From contig CAWEHK010000030.1 in the NCBI GenBank assembly GCA_963808625.1, positions 32,001-96,000 on the forward strand: a stretch of 64,000 bases of DNA, in the 5' to 3' direction. Position numbers and translations under genes: made by a program. The DNA comes from an uncultured delta proteobacterium (lineage in GTDB: Bacteria > Desulfobacterota > Syntrophobacteria > Syntrophobacterales > Syntrophobacteraceae). Shown here piece by piece: positions 10,190 to 23,249 of the stretch. The stretch's first letter is position 1. The number at the start of each line of letters is the position of its first letter. The notes under the pieces were generated by a model. It searched no databases. It worked only from the letters and a program-made list of their open reading frames with translations, and had not been told where the DNA came from.

Positions 10190-10322
10190 GACACCGAGGT
10201 TTCCGCAGGGGGCCTTAATCTGTGGGGCAGGCTTTCCAGCCTGCCTTTTGGCCACTTCGGCATGGCAGGCTGGAAAGCCTGCCCCACACGGATTGGAGTT
10301 TCACCAAAGTACCGTTGTGCTA
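10190..10322. mobile_element. MITE/REPIN-like element, copy 1
   Basis: Core hairpin TGTGGGGCAGGCTTTCCAGCCTGCC...GGCAGGCTGGAAAGCCTGCCCCACA; near-identical inverted copy at 15960-16095. Confidence 0.8.
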
Positions 10323-10333
10323 CTAAGGTGTGA

Positions 10334-12363
10334 TTACCCCTGCAGGAGCTCCAGGGCACTCTTGATAAGGTTTTCGGGGGTGAACCCGAATTCCTCCATG
10401 AGCGTTTCCCCCGGAGCGGAAGCACCGAAGCCGCTCATCCCGATGACCGCGCCGTTTTCTCCCACATAGCGTTCCCACCCGAAGGGCAGTCCCGCTTCGA
10501 TGGCTACGCGCGCTTTCACGTCCCGCGGCAACACCTGGCGCCGGTATTCCGGCGAGGTCTTTTCAAAAAGCTCCCAACTGGGCATGCTCACCACGCGGAC
10601 CGCTACGCCTTCCTGCGTCAGACGCCTGCCGGCTTCAAGCGCAACGTGCACCTCCGAGCCCGAGCCGATCAGAATCAGATCAGGCTTTCCCGCTGCGTCC
10701 GCCAGGACATAGGCGCCCTGTGAAAGTCCTTCCGCTGGCGGGTACTGGGAACGGTCCAGGACCGGAAGCTTTTGCCGGCTGAGAATCAGCGCCGTCGGGC
10801 CGGTGGTTGTCTGCAGGGCCTGGCGCCAGGCCGCGGCGGTTTCGGTGGCATCGGCCGGGCGGATGACCGTAAGGCCCGGGATCGCCCGCAAGCTCGCCAG
10901 GTGTTCGATGGGCTGATGGGTGGGGCCGTCTTCGCCGACGGCAATGCTGTCGTGGGTGAAAACATAGATCACGGGGAGTCCCATGAGGCTTGCCAGCCGT
11001 ATGGATGGCCGCATATAGTCGGCAAACACAAGGAAGGTTGCCCCATAAGGGCGAAGACCTTTATGCAGGGCCATTCCGGAAAGGATCCCTCCCATCGCGT
11101 GCTCCCTGACCCCGAAGCGGATATTGCGGCCGTCGTAGTGGTCTTTTTGGAAGTCATGGGAATCGCTGATAAGGGTCTTGGTTGACGGGGCCAGATCGGC
11201 GGAACCACCAATGAGGGCGGGAACGTTTTTGGCCAGCGCGTTCAGGACTTTCCCGGAGGCCTCGCGCGTAGCGATCGGCTGGGGTTCCTGCGAAATCCGG
11301 CAGATCGGCGTCCCATCCCGCCGGCAGGATGCCGTCCAGGGCATCCGTGCCATCGCTCGCCGGCTCCGGAAAGGCCTTGCTCATAGGCCGCCTTTCGTTC
11401 CTGCCACGTCCTTTCCGCCGCTTCTCCCTTTGCCGCGCACTTTCTGAAAACCCCGAGCGCTTCGGCCGGGACGCAGAAAAATGCGTCCTCCGGGCCACCC
11501 GAGGTTCTTTTTGGTAAGCCGGGCTTCTTCCGTGCCCAGCGGCTCGCCGTGGGCCGATGCGCATGCCTTGCTTGTTGGGGCTGCCGAAGGCGATCTGGGT
11601 GCGCAGGAGGATCAGAGTGGGCTGACGGGATTGGGCTTTGGCCGCGTCGATGGCGCCGTGGATCGCCTCCAGATCGTTGCCGTCAGCGACGGTGAGCACA
11701 TTCCAGCCATAGGCCTGGAACCGAAGCGCCGACGTCCTCGGTGAAGGCGATGGTCGGTGCTGCCTTCGATGGAGATCCTGTTGTCATCATAGATGCAGAT
11801 CAGTTTCGCCAGGCCCAGGTGCCCGGCCAGCGATGCGGCTTCGGCGGTGATCCCTTCCATCATATCGCCGTCGCCGCACATCACATACGTGTAGTGGTCG
11901 ACGATGTCGTGTCCGGGCCGGTTGTAAACGGCCGCCAGGTGCCGTTCGGCCATGGCCATGCCGACGCGCGTTCGCAAAGCCCTGTCCCAGGGGACCGGTG
12001 GTCGTTTCCACGCCGGGGGTATGGCCGTACTCGGGGTGGCCCGGCGTTTTGCTGCCCCACTGGCGGAAACGCTTTATCTCATCGAGGCTCAGGTCATAAC
12101 CGGTCAGGTGGAGGAGGCTGTAGAGCAGCATCGAGGCATGACCGCCCGAGAGGACAAACCGGTCGCGATCGGGCCATTGCGGGTTTTTCGGGTTGTGCTT
12201 CAGCGTCCGCGTCCAGAGGATGTAAGCCGCTGACGCCAGGCCCATGGGGGCGCCGGGGTGTCCCGACTTGGCCTGCTCGATGGCGTCGATGGCGAGGGTG
12301 CGGATCGTGTTGATGCAAAGGTCGTCGATGGTGCACCGGTTGTCAGATAACTGCTCCCCCCAT
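10334..12363 (-). CDS. tkt: Transketolase (several frameshifts)
   Basis: [57 protein letters not shown] across ORF fragments. Confidence 0.95.
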
Positions 12364-12386
12364 GATTGCTCTCCTCTATCTAGTCT

Positions 12387-12571
12387 CATTCGGAAAGTGC
12401 GCCTTATCCGTAGGAGGGTTCCACCCGATCTGGAACCCCTCTAAAATGAGGTTTCCGGATGGGGCTATTTAGCTCGTTTCCATCCCGAAATGCACCGAGT
12501 TATTGCCAATCTCGGGCGGACATAAAATCCGCCCCTACGATCGTTTGATTCGAGCAATGGGTTTCCGGATG
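12387..12571. mobile_element. Two adjacent MITE-like units bounded by CATCCGGAAA/TTTCCGGATG-type ends
   Basis: Units 12387-12461 and 12481-12571, each enclosing a GTAG-type REP hairpin; the first is homologous to 16255-16344. Confidence 0.65.
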
Positions 12572-12630
12572 AACGCCAGCTCGAAACATTGCGATCGTCA
12601 TTGCATCGCTTCGAAGGTGATTGCTTTGCC

Positions 12631-13916
12631 TTACATCTCTTTGGGCTGGCCGGTTGAAGTCAGCACGCTGGTCCAGAACTTCCCCTGCGGATCGATTTGT
12701 TTTCGCCCGGATACGGCCTGGGCGATGGGCAGATGGGTAAACTCGTTTTTCCAGAAGCCCACGACCATGTTCGTGCGGCCGGCCATGCCGGCATGCACGG
12801 CGGCATGGCCCAGGAGCAGGCAAAAAGCCGAGTCGCGGGCATTTGCCGGCATGCTCCGAATCGTGTAGCTGGGATCGATATACTTCAAACTCACGTCGGT
12901 CGCGATCTTCTTGAAATGCTGTTGGATCTGGTCTCGCAGAAAGATGCCGATGTCTCCCAGGCGTATATTCCCCGACGCATCCCTCGCATCGGTTGCCGCC
13001 ATCAGGTCCTGCCCGGCCCCCTCTCCGGCGACGATCACGGCGTGGCCTCTCTTCTCGAGCCTCGTCCTCAGCGCTTCGAGGAAGCCCTCGAGGGTGAAAC
13101 GGACTTCCGGGATCAGGCAAAAATTGACCACACTGTTGGCGAGGGTGGCATACGCGGCAATGAACCCCGATTGGCGGCCCATCAGTTTGACCAGGCCGAT
13201 GCCGTTCCTGGCCCCGTCGGCCTCGCTCTTGGCCGAGTAAATCGCGGTCCTGGTTTCGGTGACCGCCGTATCAAACCCGAACGACTGTTCGACATAACGG
13301 ATGTCGTTGTCGATCGTCTTCGGGATGCCGATCACCGCGATCTTGAGATTGCGTCGCGCGATCTCTTCCGCCATGGCCTGGGCGCCGCGCAGAGTGCCGT
13401 CGCCACCAATGGTGAACAGGAGACTGACATTCATGCGTTCGAGGGTGTCGACCATCTCCCCGACATCCTGGGGACCGCGTGACGACCCCAGGATCGTCCC
13501 CCCTTTTTCATGAATGTCGTGGACCGATGCCGGGGTCAGTTCCAGAGGAGGGTGGCCGTATCTGGGTGCAAGCCCCTCGTAACCGTAGCGGAAACCAAAG
13601 ACGGTGCGCACCCCATAGTGATGGAAAAGGCTCAGGACAATCGCCCGAATCGCGTCGTTGAGGCCGGGGCAGAGCCCTCCGCAGGTGACGATGCCGGCCT
13701 TGAGCTTCGAAGGGTCGAAGTAAATCTGCCGCCGCGGTCCGGCTATCTCGAAGCCGGGCGGCTCCCCCCGGCCTCCAGGCAAGCCTCGATCGACCTCAGG
13801 TTCGGGTGATACAGCACGGGCTCGTCGGTGTCCACAAAGTGTACACCGGACATGGGTGATGGGATGCGGCACTCGCCCAGCTTCGCAACTCCGAAGTCAA
13901 GATAACACTCTTCCAT
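12631..13916 (-). CDS. pfkA: 6-phosphofructokinase (PfkA superfamily), probably ATP-dependent; one frameshift near 13765
   Basis: TCGGLCPGLN, GGTILGSSRG, GGDGT, PKTIDND, KLMGR, YIDPSYTIRS. Confidence 0.92.
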
Positions 13917-14007
13917 AGCGAACTCCGTTTGCTCGGGAAAAAACGGTAGCAACTGATGCAACAAGGACACCTATAGCGCAGTGCGCCTGCCGGGGATAGT
14001 CTATTTC

Positions 14008-14484
14008 TCAAAGGGGAGGGAGAATTTTTCGGAGTATTGCATATCTTTCCAATTCCGTTACCTTGTTCAAGCGCCTTCGATAGCGCTCAAGGCCTTTAAA
14101 ACGGGCATTGAGAAAGATCTGCACCAGGTCCCACGCAAGGGCGAAGGCGGTTACCCGGCCCCCGAGGCAGAGCACGTTCATGTCATCATCCTCGACCCCC
14201 TGGTGGGCCGAGTACGCATCGGTGATGAGTGCGGCCCGCACACCCGGTACTTTGTTGGCGGCCACACTCGCTCCCACCCCGCTCCCGCAGACCGCCACTC
14301 CGCGGGCAACGTCGCCGCGTGCCACCGCCATGGCCATCGGCACAATGAAATCAGGGTAATCGTCATCCGGGACCAAAGCGTTGGCCCCAAAATCCACGAC
14401 TTCAAACCCCGCCGCCTTCAGGAGCTCGACCAGTTGCCCCTTGAGCTCAAATCCCCCATGATCCGCCGCGACGCCCACCCGCAT
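14008..14484 (-). CDS. rpiB: Ribose-5-phosphate isomerase B
   Basis: AADHGG, DDDYPD, CGSGVG, ANKVPGVRAAL, NVLCLG. Confidence 0.92.
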   Translation of the reverse strand: MRVGVAADHGGFELKGQLVELLKAAGFEVVDFGANALVPDDDYPDFIVPMAMAVARGDVARGVAVCGSGVGASVAANKVPGVRAALITDAYSAHQGVEDDDMNVLCLGGRVTAFALAWDLVQIFLNARFKGLERYRRRLNKVTELERYAILRKILPPL

Positions 14485-15060
14485 CGTTTTTCTCCCCTCA
14501 AGCTGGATGGAGATTACCGCGATGTCATCCTACCTATGGGATGTTTGGAGAATATTTCATCCTCTTGAATTCACTACCATGAGTGAGCCTGGAAGACAAT
14601 GCGTTCCTGTGAGGAGGGTGTGAACAGAAGTGGGAGTTGGAAATTATGAAAGGCAGGGTCTCCTGTCCTGGTGGGCACGGTAAAGCCTGCGCCCACCTGA
14701 CAATTGGGCCACGGCGTAGGGGTGGGGCGCGTCTTTTTGCGCCCACCGAAACCATGCAGGCTCATTCGCAATCAGGTAATGGTCACATGAGGCCACGGCG
14801 AACTCCCACTTCTGACTACACCCCTGTGAGGATGATCACCTGGTGCGGGAAATTTCGGTCTTTTTGCGGTTGCCGGGTCGAAAATTATCCAGTTTTCCTA
14901 TGCATTTTGTTTACTCAAAAAATACGGTCTTCACCTACTTGCATCGATGCCAATCGTTCAGTAAAGTGGTTTCGATAGGTTGACTTCTCGCTCAACCTTC
15001 TTGGCAGGGTGGCTAATCATGAAAGGGAGAGATCTTTATCCAAACCAGGGGAGGTGCAAG

Positions 15061-15508
15061 ATGATGAAGAAGATTGCGTTTTTGAGCCTGTTCACTCTTT
15101 TGTTGGTCCTTTCGTTCGTCGTGTTGGCGGAGGCCGCAACCGCCCGCTTCCCGGTAGTGGTCAAGTGGGATACTGCGGGCCACAGCCAGGTGTCTACGGA
15201 TATCTTTCTCCTCAACCTGACCGGTGATCCGGTCAGTGTCGACCTGGATCTCTATACGAAGGATGGAACCAAGTTGACCTGCGGCGTGATGCCTGTCGTC
15301 ACCATCCCGGCCAACGGTACTCGCCATATTTCGCCGTCAGGGTGCTTCGCGATTGCAATGGGGGTCGCCCTCGATTTTGAGGGCATCGGACTCATTAAGG
15401 AAGGCCCCTCCAAATTCCATTAGCATTTATTGGCGGATTTATGATGAGACCGTGTCCCCTCACGAACTGATCGATCACGGCAAGGAAATCCCTGCGGCGA
15501 GTCCCTAA
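15061..15508 (+). CDS. Secreted hypothetical protein (frameshift near 15415)
   Basis: GGAGG RBS; signal peptide MMKKIAFLSLFTLLLVLSFVVLAEA; another frame continues ISIYWRIYDE...PAASP to a stop at 15508. Confidence 0.65.
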
Positions 15509-15639
15509 AGTGATGAGAAGGTAATAAGAAATTGCTGTTTCACGTCAGTGGGATAGCACCTGTTGTGGAAGGTTGCCTCCGCCTGGTGCGATATCAGCCT
15601 TCCGTATCCACCAATCGGCTTGAGGAAAAAGGAGAAAAC

Positions 15640-15915
15640 ATGGCTCGCAGAAGACTAATCCGTGGATTTCAGATTCTTGCAGTGCTGCTGGTGTTTGCCC
15701 TTGGGTACCTCTGTGGGACCCTCACCCAACAGAGCGCCAATGCCCAGCTGAAAGAAATTGGAAAGGGGGCCCTGCAACAGGCCGCACCTTCCGGCGGCGC
15801 CGTGGGAAAAGCCGTGGAACTGGGTACGGCAATCACCGACATGCAGCAGCACGTCGATGGCCTGCAAAAGAACCTCACCACCCTGAAAAGCATTCAGGCA
15901 GCTATTGGGGGATAG
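15640..15915 (+). CDS. Small membrane-anchored hypothetical protein
   Basis: GGAG RBS; N-terminal hydrophobic helix; coiled-coil-like tail. Confidence 0.7.
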   Translation: MARRRLIRGFQILAVLLVFALGYLCGTLTQQSANAQLKEIGKGALQQAAPSGGAVGKAVELGTAITDMQQHVDGLQKNLTTLKSIQAAIGG

Positions 15916-15959
15916 ACGTTCACGGCACTGCCCGGCGTAGTTCTTCAGGCACTGCCTAA

Positions 15960-16095
15960 TACTACAACGGTACTTTGGTGAAACTCCAATCCGTGTGGGG
16001 CAGGCTTTCCAGCCTGCCATGCCGAAGCGGCCAAAAGGCAGGCTGGAAAGCCTGCCCCACAGAGTAAGGCCCCCTGCGGAAACCTCGTTGTAGTA
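15960..16095. mobile_element. MITE/REPIN-like element, copy 2
   Basis: TIR TACTACAACG / CGTTGTAGTA; inverted near-copy of 10190-10322. Confidence 0.8.
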
Positions 16096-16099
16096 CCAG

Positions 16100-16344
16100 T
16101 ACACATTGGCGTAAGTCCCTGCTCGGTTCCGGTGGGCACAAAGAGCCGTGCCCACCCTACACTCTCTCTCGGAGCTTCAAACATTGTTCGGGTGGGCACA
16201 GCTCTATCGTGCCCACCAACACCCCAGGAATTTTCGCCCAAGTGTACCCGTGTCCATCCGGAAACCCCATTTTGTAGGAGGGGCTTCCAGCCGCGATCGG
16301 GGCTGGAAGCCCCTCCTACGGAACAAGGCGCCACTTTCCGGATG
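16100..16344. repeat. Cluster of REP-like hairpins
   Basis: GGTGGGCAC...GTGCCCACC twice (relatives near 14670 and 49557); GTAGGAGGGGCTTCCAGCC...GGCTGGAAGCCCCTCCTAC within 16255-16344. Confidence 0.8.
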
Positions 16345-16428
16345 AGAACTAGCTCAGGAGGATTTTTCAGGGGCCAAAAACCGGGCAACGAAATTGGGGT
16401 GATTTTGGCCCTTTTTAGAGGCCCCAAT

Positions 16429-16638
16429 TCAACACTCCTGGTCGATTGATATTCTCAGAAGCTTGGCCATCGTTATTTTCGCCTCTTCCTTTGTTTCAAA
16501 AGACATGGGGGCCAGGACTTCCGCTCCCGGCCCTAAAGTTGCCTTAATTCTCTGGTATTCTTGATCTGCCTTCGCTCTTGTTGGAAACTCTTCAAGCGCA
16601 AAAGCTCCTGCCGCCGAACGGAATGCTATATATTCCAT
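16429..16638 (-). CDS. Small hypothetical protein, 69 aa
   Basis: AAGGAG RBS then MEYIAFRSAAGAFALEEF... Confidence 0.6.
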   Translation of the reverse strand: MEYIAFRSAAGAFALEEFPTRAKADQEYQRIKATLGPGAEVLAPMSFETKEEAKITMAKLLRISIDQEC

Positions 16639-16909
16639 ATTCTTCTCCTTGTTATCCTTATTAAAGCAAATAATAATCATCACAGTGGGCTGATGCTCCT
16701 GACGAAAAGAAGGTTGTCGATCCTTTATAGGGCTGGGCAAAAGCAACCAGCTATGCCGTTGGTTATACCTGTTCAGCTTGAAAAGCTTCTACCTTTAAAG
16801 TCACGCAAAGGCGCGGAGATCGCAGAGAAAGGCCTCGGAGAAGGGGTCTCTGCGTTCTCTGCGGCTCTGCGTGAGAATGAAATATCTAAACCTTCACGGT
16901 ATGACTGAT

Positions 16910-18128
16910 TCAGTCCGCAGGCGGAAAGGGTGTTTTCCAAATTGACACGAGGATTTGAATGAAACAAAGGCTTGTCAGAATCGCTAAGATGGCCACCCCG
17001 GGTAGCGTGGTGCTCAAAGCTCCGGTAATCATACCGAGAATCGCGAGGATCGCATATAGAGATAATACGCGGCGAATAGCCGCTGTCTGCTCAACCGGGT
17101 TTGTCGCCAGCAGGATCAAACTGAGGGCGACGACACTAATGCCCACCGAGCAGGATAAAACCCAGCCTTCGGTCCCGGGCAAACTCTGCCAGGGGTTCAG
17201 GGCGGCCAGATGCTTGACGCCAACGGCGGTGCTGGCAATGCCAAGGACCAGTGGAATATGGGAGTACAGCCACAATTGGTATCTCCGGATGTGACCCGGC
17301 GAGAGGAACGTGAGCGTGGCGGCTCCCCCTGGCACCCTCGAAATATCCCCACCAGAGCGAGTATGTCATCAGGAGCCCCATGATCCCCACCATCCCCGAC
17401 ACCAAGTCCAGCCCGTGCTTGCCGATTCCCATCACAACGCTTACGACGGCCTCGCCGATGACAATAATCGTAAACAACCCGAATCTTTCAGGGAGGTGCA
17501 TGAGGTGAGGAGGAAATCGGGCATGGAGTTCTCCGGCGGTAAGAGGAGCCAGGAAATCAACGATCACGGCAAGGCCCCAAAGCCAGAAACGCCATGGCGC
17601 GGCGACGAGCGCCGAAAGGGCCCACAACGATGCGGCCAGACCAAAACCGAGGCAGTAGCGGTTCGTCAGCGCCCGCACGTGAGGAATGTGTTTGGCCGCG
17701 CGCAGATACTCGGCAACGAGCATGAATCTCACGGCTGCGTAGGAGAGAGCAAATCCTGCAGAGGTATGGCCGAGAGCTTCCGGGGCATGGACCGCGAGGG
17801 AGGCCACCGCGATAATTTGGGTCAGGGTCAGGAACCGGCGTCCCACATCGTCGGAATCGAAACGCGTGAGGTAGAACGTGTGCCCGGCCCAGGCCCACCA
17901 CACCGGCACAAACAGTGCCGAAAACTTGAGCGCCCCGAGGGGTGAGTAGTCTTCATTCAGACTCGAGGCCAATTGCGAGACCGCACCCACAAACACGAGA
18001 TCATAAAAAAGCTCAAGCCAGGTCGCATGCCGTTCCTTTTCCTGGTCGTAACCGGAGCGGAGGGTCGGCGGTTTGAAAATTCGCTTATTCAGCAAGGGCC
18101 TGACTCCTTCAAGCCGACCATCCCTCAA
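16910..18128 (-). CDS. ltrA: Low temperature requirement protein A family membrane protein (frameshift near 17330)
   Basis: RHATWLELFYDLVFV, HLPERFGLFTIIVIGE, WWGYF. Confidence 0.9.
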
Positions 18129-18146
18129 CTTGGATTGGGTGACCGA

Positions 18147-18910
18147 TCAAAGGTTTACGCGCAGGCCTTTGCTTTGGAGGTATTCCTTGACCTGCCGGAT
18201 ACTGAAAGTGCGGTAATGGAAAACCGAAGCGGCGAGCAAAACCTGGGCACCTCCCTGGGTGACGGCTTCGTAGAAATGCTCCAGTTTTCCAGCGCCCCCC
18301 GAGGCAATGACCGGTACGCTGACGGCATCGGAAATCGCCCTGGTAAATGCCAGATCATAGCCCGCCTGTGTGCCGTCACCATCCATGCTGGTCGGCAACA
18401 CGGTCCCCGCCCCGAGGTCCTGGCATTCTTTGGCCCACAACACAGCATCCTTCCGACAGGCTTGGTGCCGCCGGCAATGACCAATTCGAACCCCGAGGGC
18501 ATCGACGCGTTCCTTTTGCCATCAATGGCCACGGTCACTTTTTCCGACCCGAACGCCTTGGCTGCCTGCCTGACGAGGCCCGGGCTGTTTACGGCGGCAC
18601 TGTTCATCGAGATTTTTGCGGCGCCGGCATCAAGAACCAATTCGATATCTTCCAGCGTGGCAATGCCTCCTCCGACGGTGAGGGGCATCTTGATCACCGA
18701 TGACACGTTCTTCACCCATTCCAGCCTGGTTTTTCGGTTCTCCAGCGTGGCTGCGATATCAAGCATGGCCAGTTCGTCGGCCCCCTCCTTTTCATAGAAG
18801 GCGGCATTTTCCACCGGGTCGCCGGCATCCCGCAAGTTTACGAAATTGATCCCCTTGACTACCCGTCCGTTTTTCATGTCGAGACACGGCATAACCTTAA
18901 TCACTTCCAT
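18147..18910 (-). CDS. hisF: Imidazole glycerol phosphate synthase cyclase subunit (frameshift near 18440)
   Basis: [59 protein letters not shown]. Confidence 0.93.
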
Positions 18911-19029
18911 AAAACCTCCCTTTACCGAACATGTTTTTTCACAAAGTGTCTTCGAATCTTCGGGTCTTTCGACGGTGAAAGAAGACGTTCTATTCTTCTT
19001 GCCATTCCCGGCTCGATGGCTACGGATTA

Positions 19030-20999
<1,970 letters not shown>

Positions 21000-21213
21000 G
21001 TCAACCCTCCCTGGTCACTATCTGGTTTCGTTTGAGCCCTCCCTCCCGGTGGGCTATGATCTATGCGATGCGCAGAAGCAGAATGCCACGAAGAAAGTTC
21101 GCAACAGTACGACCGATCCCGACGGCAGCTGTCTATTCACGAATGCAGAAGCAGAAGCCAGAAGAAAGTTCGCAAGAGCCGGTGAAACACAAGAAACCAT
21201 GGGAGTCTCAGAA

Positions 21214-21288
21214 CGTCATTCCCGCATGTTTTCGGCGGGAACCCAGCACTCCGATCGTCATTCCCGCATGCTTTCGGCGGGAATCCAG
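21214..21288. repeat. Tandem pair of ATTCCCGC...GCGGGAA (dRS3-like) palindromes
   Basis: CGTCATTCCCGCATG(T/C)TTTCGGCGGGAA(C/T)CCAG twice. Confidence 0.8.
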
Positions 21289-21490
21289 AGGTTGCAGAAG
21301 AGCTCGTGCGTCCACGTCAATCAAGAAGGTCCGTCATGGATTGGTAACTAGCTGCTTTTCCAAGGTTTTTTATAACAGATATGGTGACGGCTGTCAAGCG
21401 CATGTTGCGGCCAGTAAATCTTGCCGGCACCAGTGCTCTCACTTTGCCCGTTTTCGGGATACTGCTATCCAAGGACGCTCTTTACGTCGG

Positions 21491-23071
21491 TCAAACCGTG
21501 TAGGTGAAGTAGCGCCAGTCGCTCCAGGGACAGATTCTGCTGCCCACCTTGGTGCGGACACGCCACCGGCCGCGTTGGGCTTCGATGAACATATGCTCAT
21601 AGTCGGTATCGCTGAGTGTACCCGAAACGAACCAGGTGAGCCCTGCTTCCGCAGCCCACTGTCCTGCAATGTGGGCACCGAAGGTGTCAAGTTCGATATT
21701 ATATGTCGCATGTCTTAAGCCGATTGGATCCCAGCGGAAGTTGGTCCGGCGCGGGAAATGGTCGAAGGTTTCACCCTCAAGCGGGTCACGCAGAGTGGGG
21801 ATGACGCCGCTCCACCAGTTAAGGGTCGGGTCGCCGAGAAGCACCAACCCGTAATACCACCGCCGCTCACTGAGATCATGCGTGCTGCCGAGAGCCTTCC
21901 ACCAATCGGTGAAAGCCTCGCCAATGGTTTTCCCCGCTCCCATCGGACCGTAAAAGTTTTCGAACAACAGCATCGAACCCGCCTTCGTGCTTCCGACGGC
22001 AGCGAGCCCATTGCAGGGTGAGCCACCACGCTTGTTGAAGACATACCAGCCGGCCATGTATTCCGCTTGGGTGAAGCGTGCGTTGCTGCAGGCGAAAAGG
22101 TTGTAAAAGTATGCGTTTGGGGGATTTGTGTCACGCAAGTAGGTGTTGGGAACCGACTCCTTCCCGGTCGGGACCTTGAAAGTATGGCTGGCCGGTGACG
22201 AGTGCGCGCAAACTTGAGCCCAGGCGCGGCGCTGGTTGATTTCGGCCTTGTAGCGATCGACGTTGGTTGTTGCCGGCTCGGTTATCGTCTCAATATTGGC
22301 CGGTGCGAACATCTGATCAAAAGCACAGTCGTCAAAGTGATCCCAATCATCGTCCACATAGGCGAGGGCGCGGTCGGAATAACCGAAGACTCCTTTGCGG
22401 AACTTGTGATTGCGGCTGAAATAGTCTTTGAGCAAGGCGGCGTTGTTGCCATTTTTCGACGGTGTCCAGAGGCGGCCGACCCAGATTTCAGGCTCAACAC
22501 CGGTCGGATGTCCGCTGAACTTGCCGTCGCCATCCGGATCGTCCCACGCGCCGTTGAGGTCCATATAGTAAAGATCACAGGGAAACTCTGCGGCCCCATT
22601 GAAGTCATCGGTCATCTCGAACCAGGCGACCGGCAAATTGCCAACCATCAGGACCCCGGCGACGGGCAACTTCTCTTTGATAAAATCGCGCAACTCCGCC
22701 GGGGTGCCACCCTTTACCCGGTAGGCCACAGCATAGTAACCCTCGTAGGCGAGGTCCTCGATGTATTGTTCAATCGATGCCTTGATCGAAGGATAGACGT
22801 TGTGGTTGACCAATACGAGGATCTTGCCTTTGGGGAACTGCAGTGGTGAGTAAGTCTGGAGGTAGCGCAGGTCCGATGCAAAGGCGGGCCGCGCCTGCTC
22901 TGCCGCCACGAGGGCAGCAGGCGGTGCAAGCCGCCGATACTCGGCGAAAGATTGAGGTGGTAAGCCGTCTTTATCGATGTACTCGAGGTTGCGAACTCGG
23001 GAATAGTCGATCTTGAACGAACGCAATTGCCGTACTTTGCTGACATCGATGCTTGAAAATTTATCAGCCAT
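21491..23071 (-). CDS. Peptidase C25 (gingipain)-like protein with a beta-rich C-terminal domain
   Basis: VLMVG, CDLYYMDLNG.W, PEIWVGRL, candidate His (CAHSSP) and Cys (FACSNA), LLGDP; no evident signal peptide. Confidence 0.7.
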   Translation of the reverse strand: MADKFSSIDVSKVRQLRSFKIDYSRVRNLEYIDKDGLPPQSFAEYRRLAPPAALVAAEQARPAFASDLRYLQTYSPLQFPKGKILVLVNHNVYPSIKASIEQYIEDLAYEGYYAVAYRVKGGTPAELRDFIKEKLPVAGVLMVGNLPVAWFEMTDDFNGAAEFPCDLYYMDLNGAWDDPDGDGKFSGHPTGVEPEIWVGRLWTPSKNGNNAALLKDYFSRNHKFRKGVFGYSDRALAYVDDDWDHFDDCAFDQMFAPANIETITEPATTNVDRYKAEINQRRAWAQVCAHSSPASHTFKVPTGKESVPNTYLRDTNPPNAYFYNLFACSNARFTQAEYMAGWYVFNKRGGSPCNGLAAVGSTKAGSMLLFENFYGPMGAGKTIGEAFTDWWKALGSTHDLSERRWYYGLVLLGDPTLNWWSGVIPTLRDPLEGETFDHFPRRTNFRWDPIGLRHATYNIELDTFGAHIAGQWAAEAGLTWFVSGTLSDTDYEHMFIEAQRGRWRVRTKVGSRICPWSDWRYFTYTV

Positions 23072-23147
23072 TGCGATCCTCCTTTCGGTCTTTTTGCGAC
23101 CACCCTTGAAGACCATCCAGCGCAAAGCGGTTCATTGCAATGACAGA

Positions 23148-23249
23148 GCTCAACGGCGGCTCATAACCAGCGGCCGGAGTGACAGGCTGCGCGGAAAATA
23201 CACAAAGCAATCGACTCATCCGGCTCTGGTGAACTACTCATCTTTAGGG
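23148..23249 (-). other. Degenerate attC-like site
   Basis: Minus strand: CCCTAAA...TTCACCAGAGCCGGA ... TCCGGCCGCTGGTTATGAGCCGCC-GTTGAGC (GTTRRRY match); the upstream gene's TAA lies in the left box. Confidence 0.5.
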
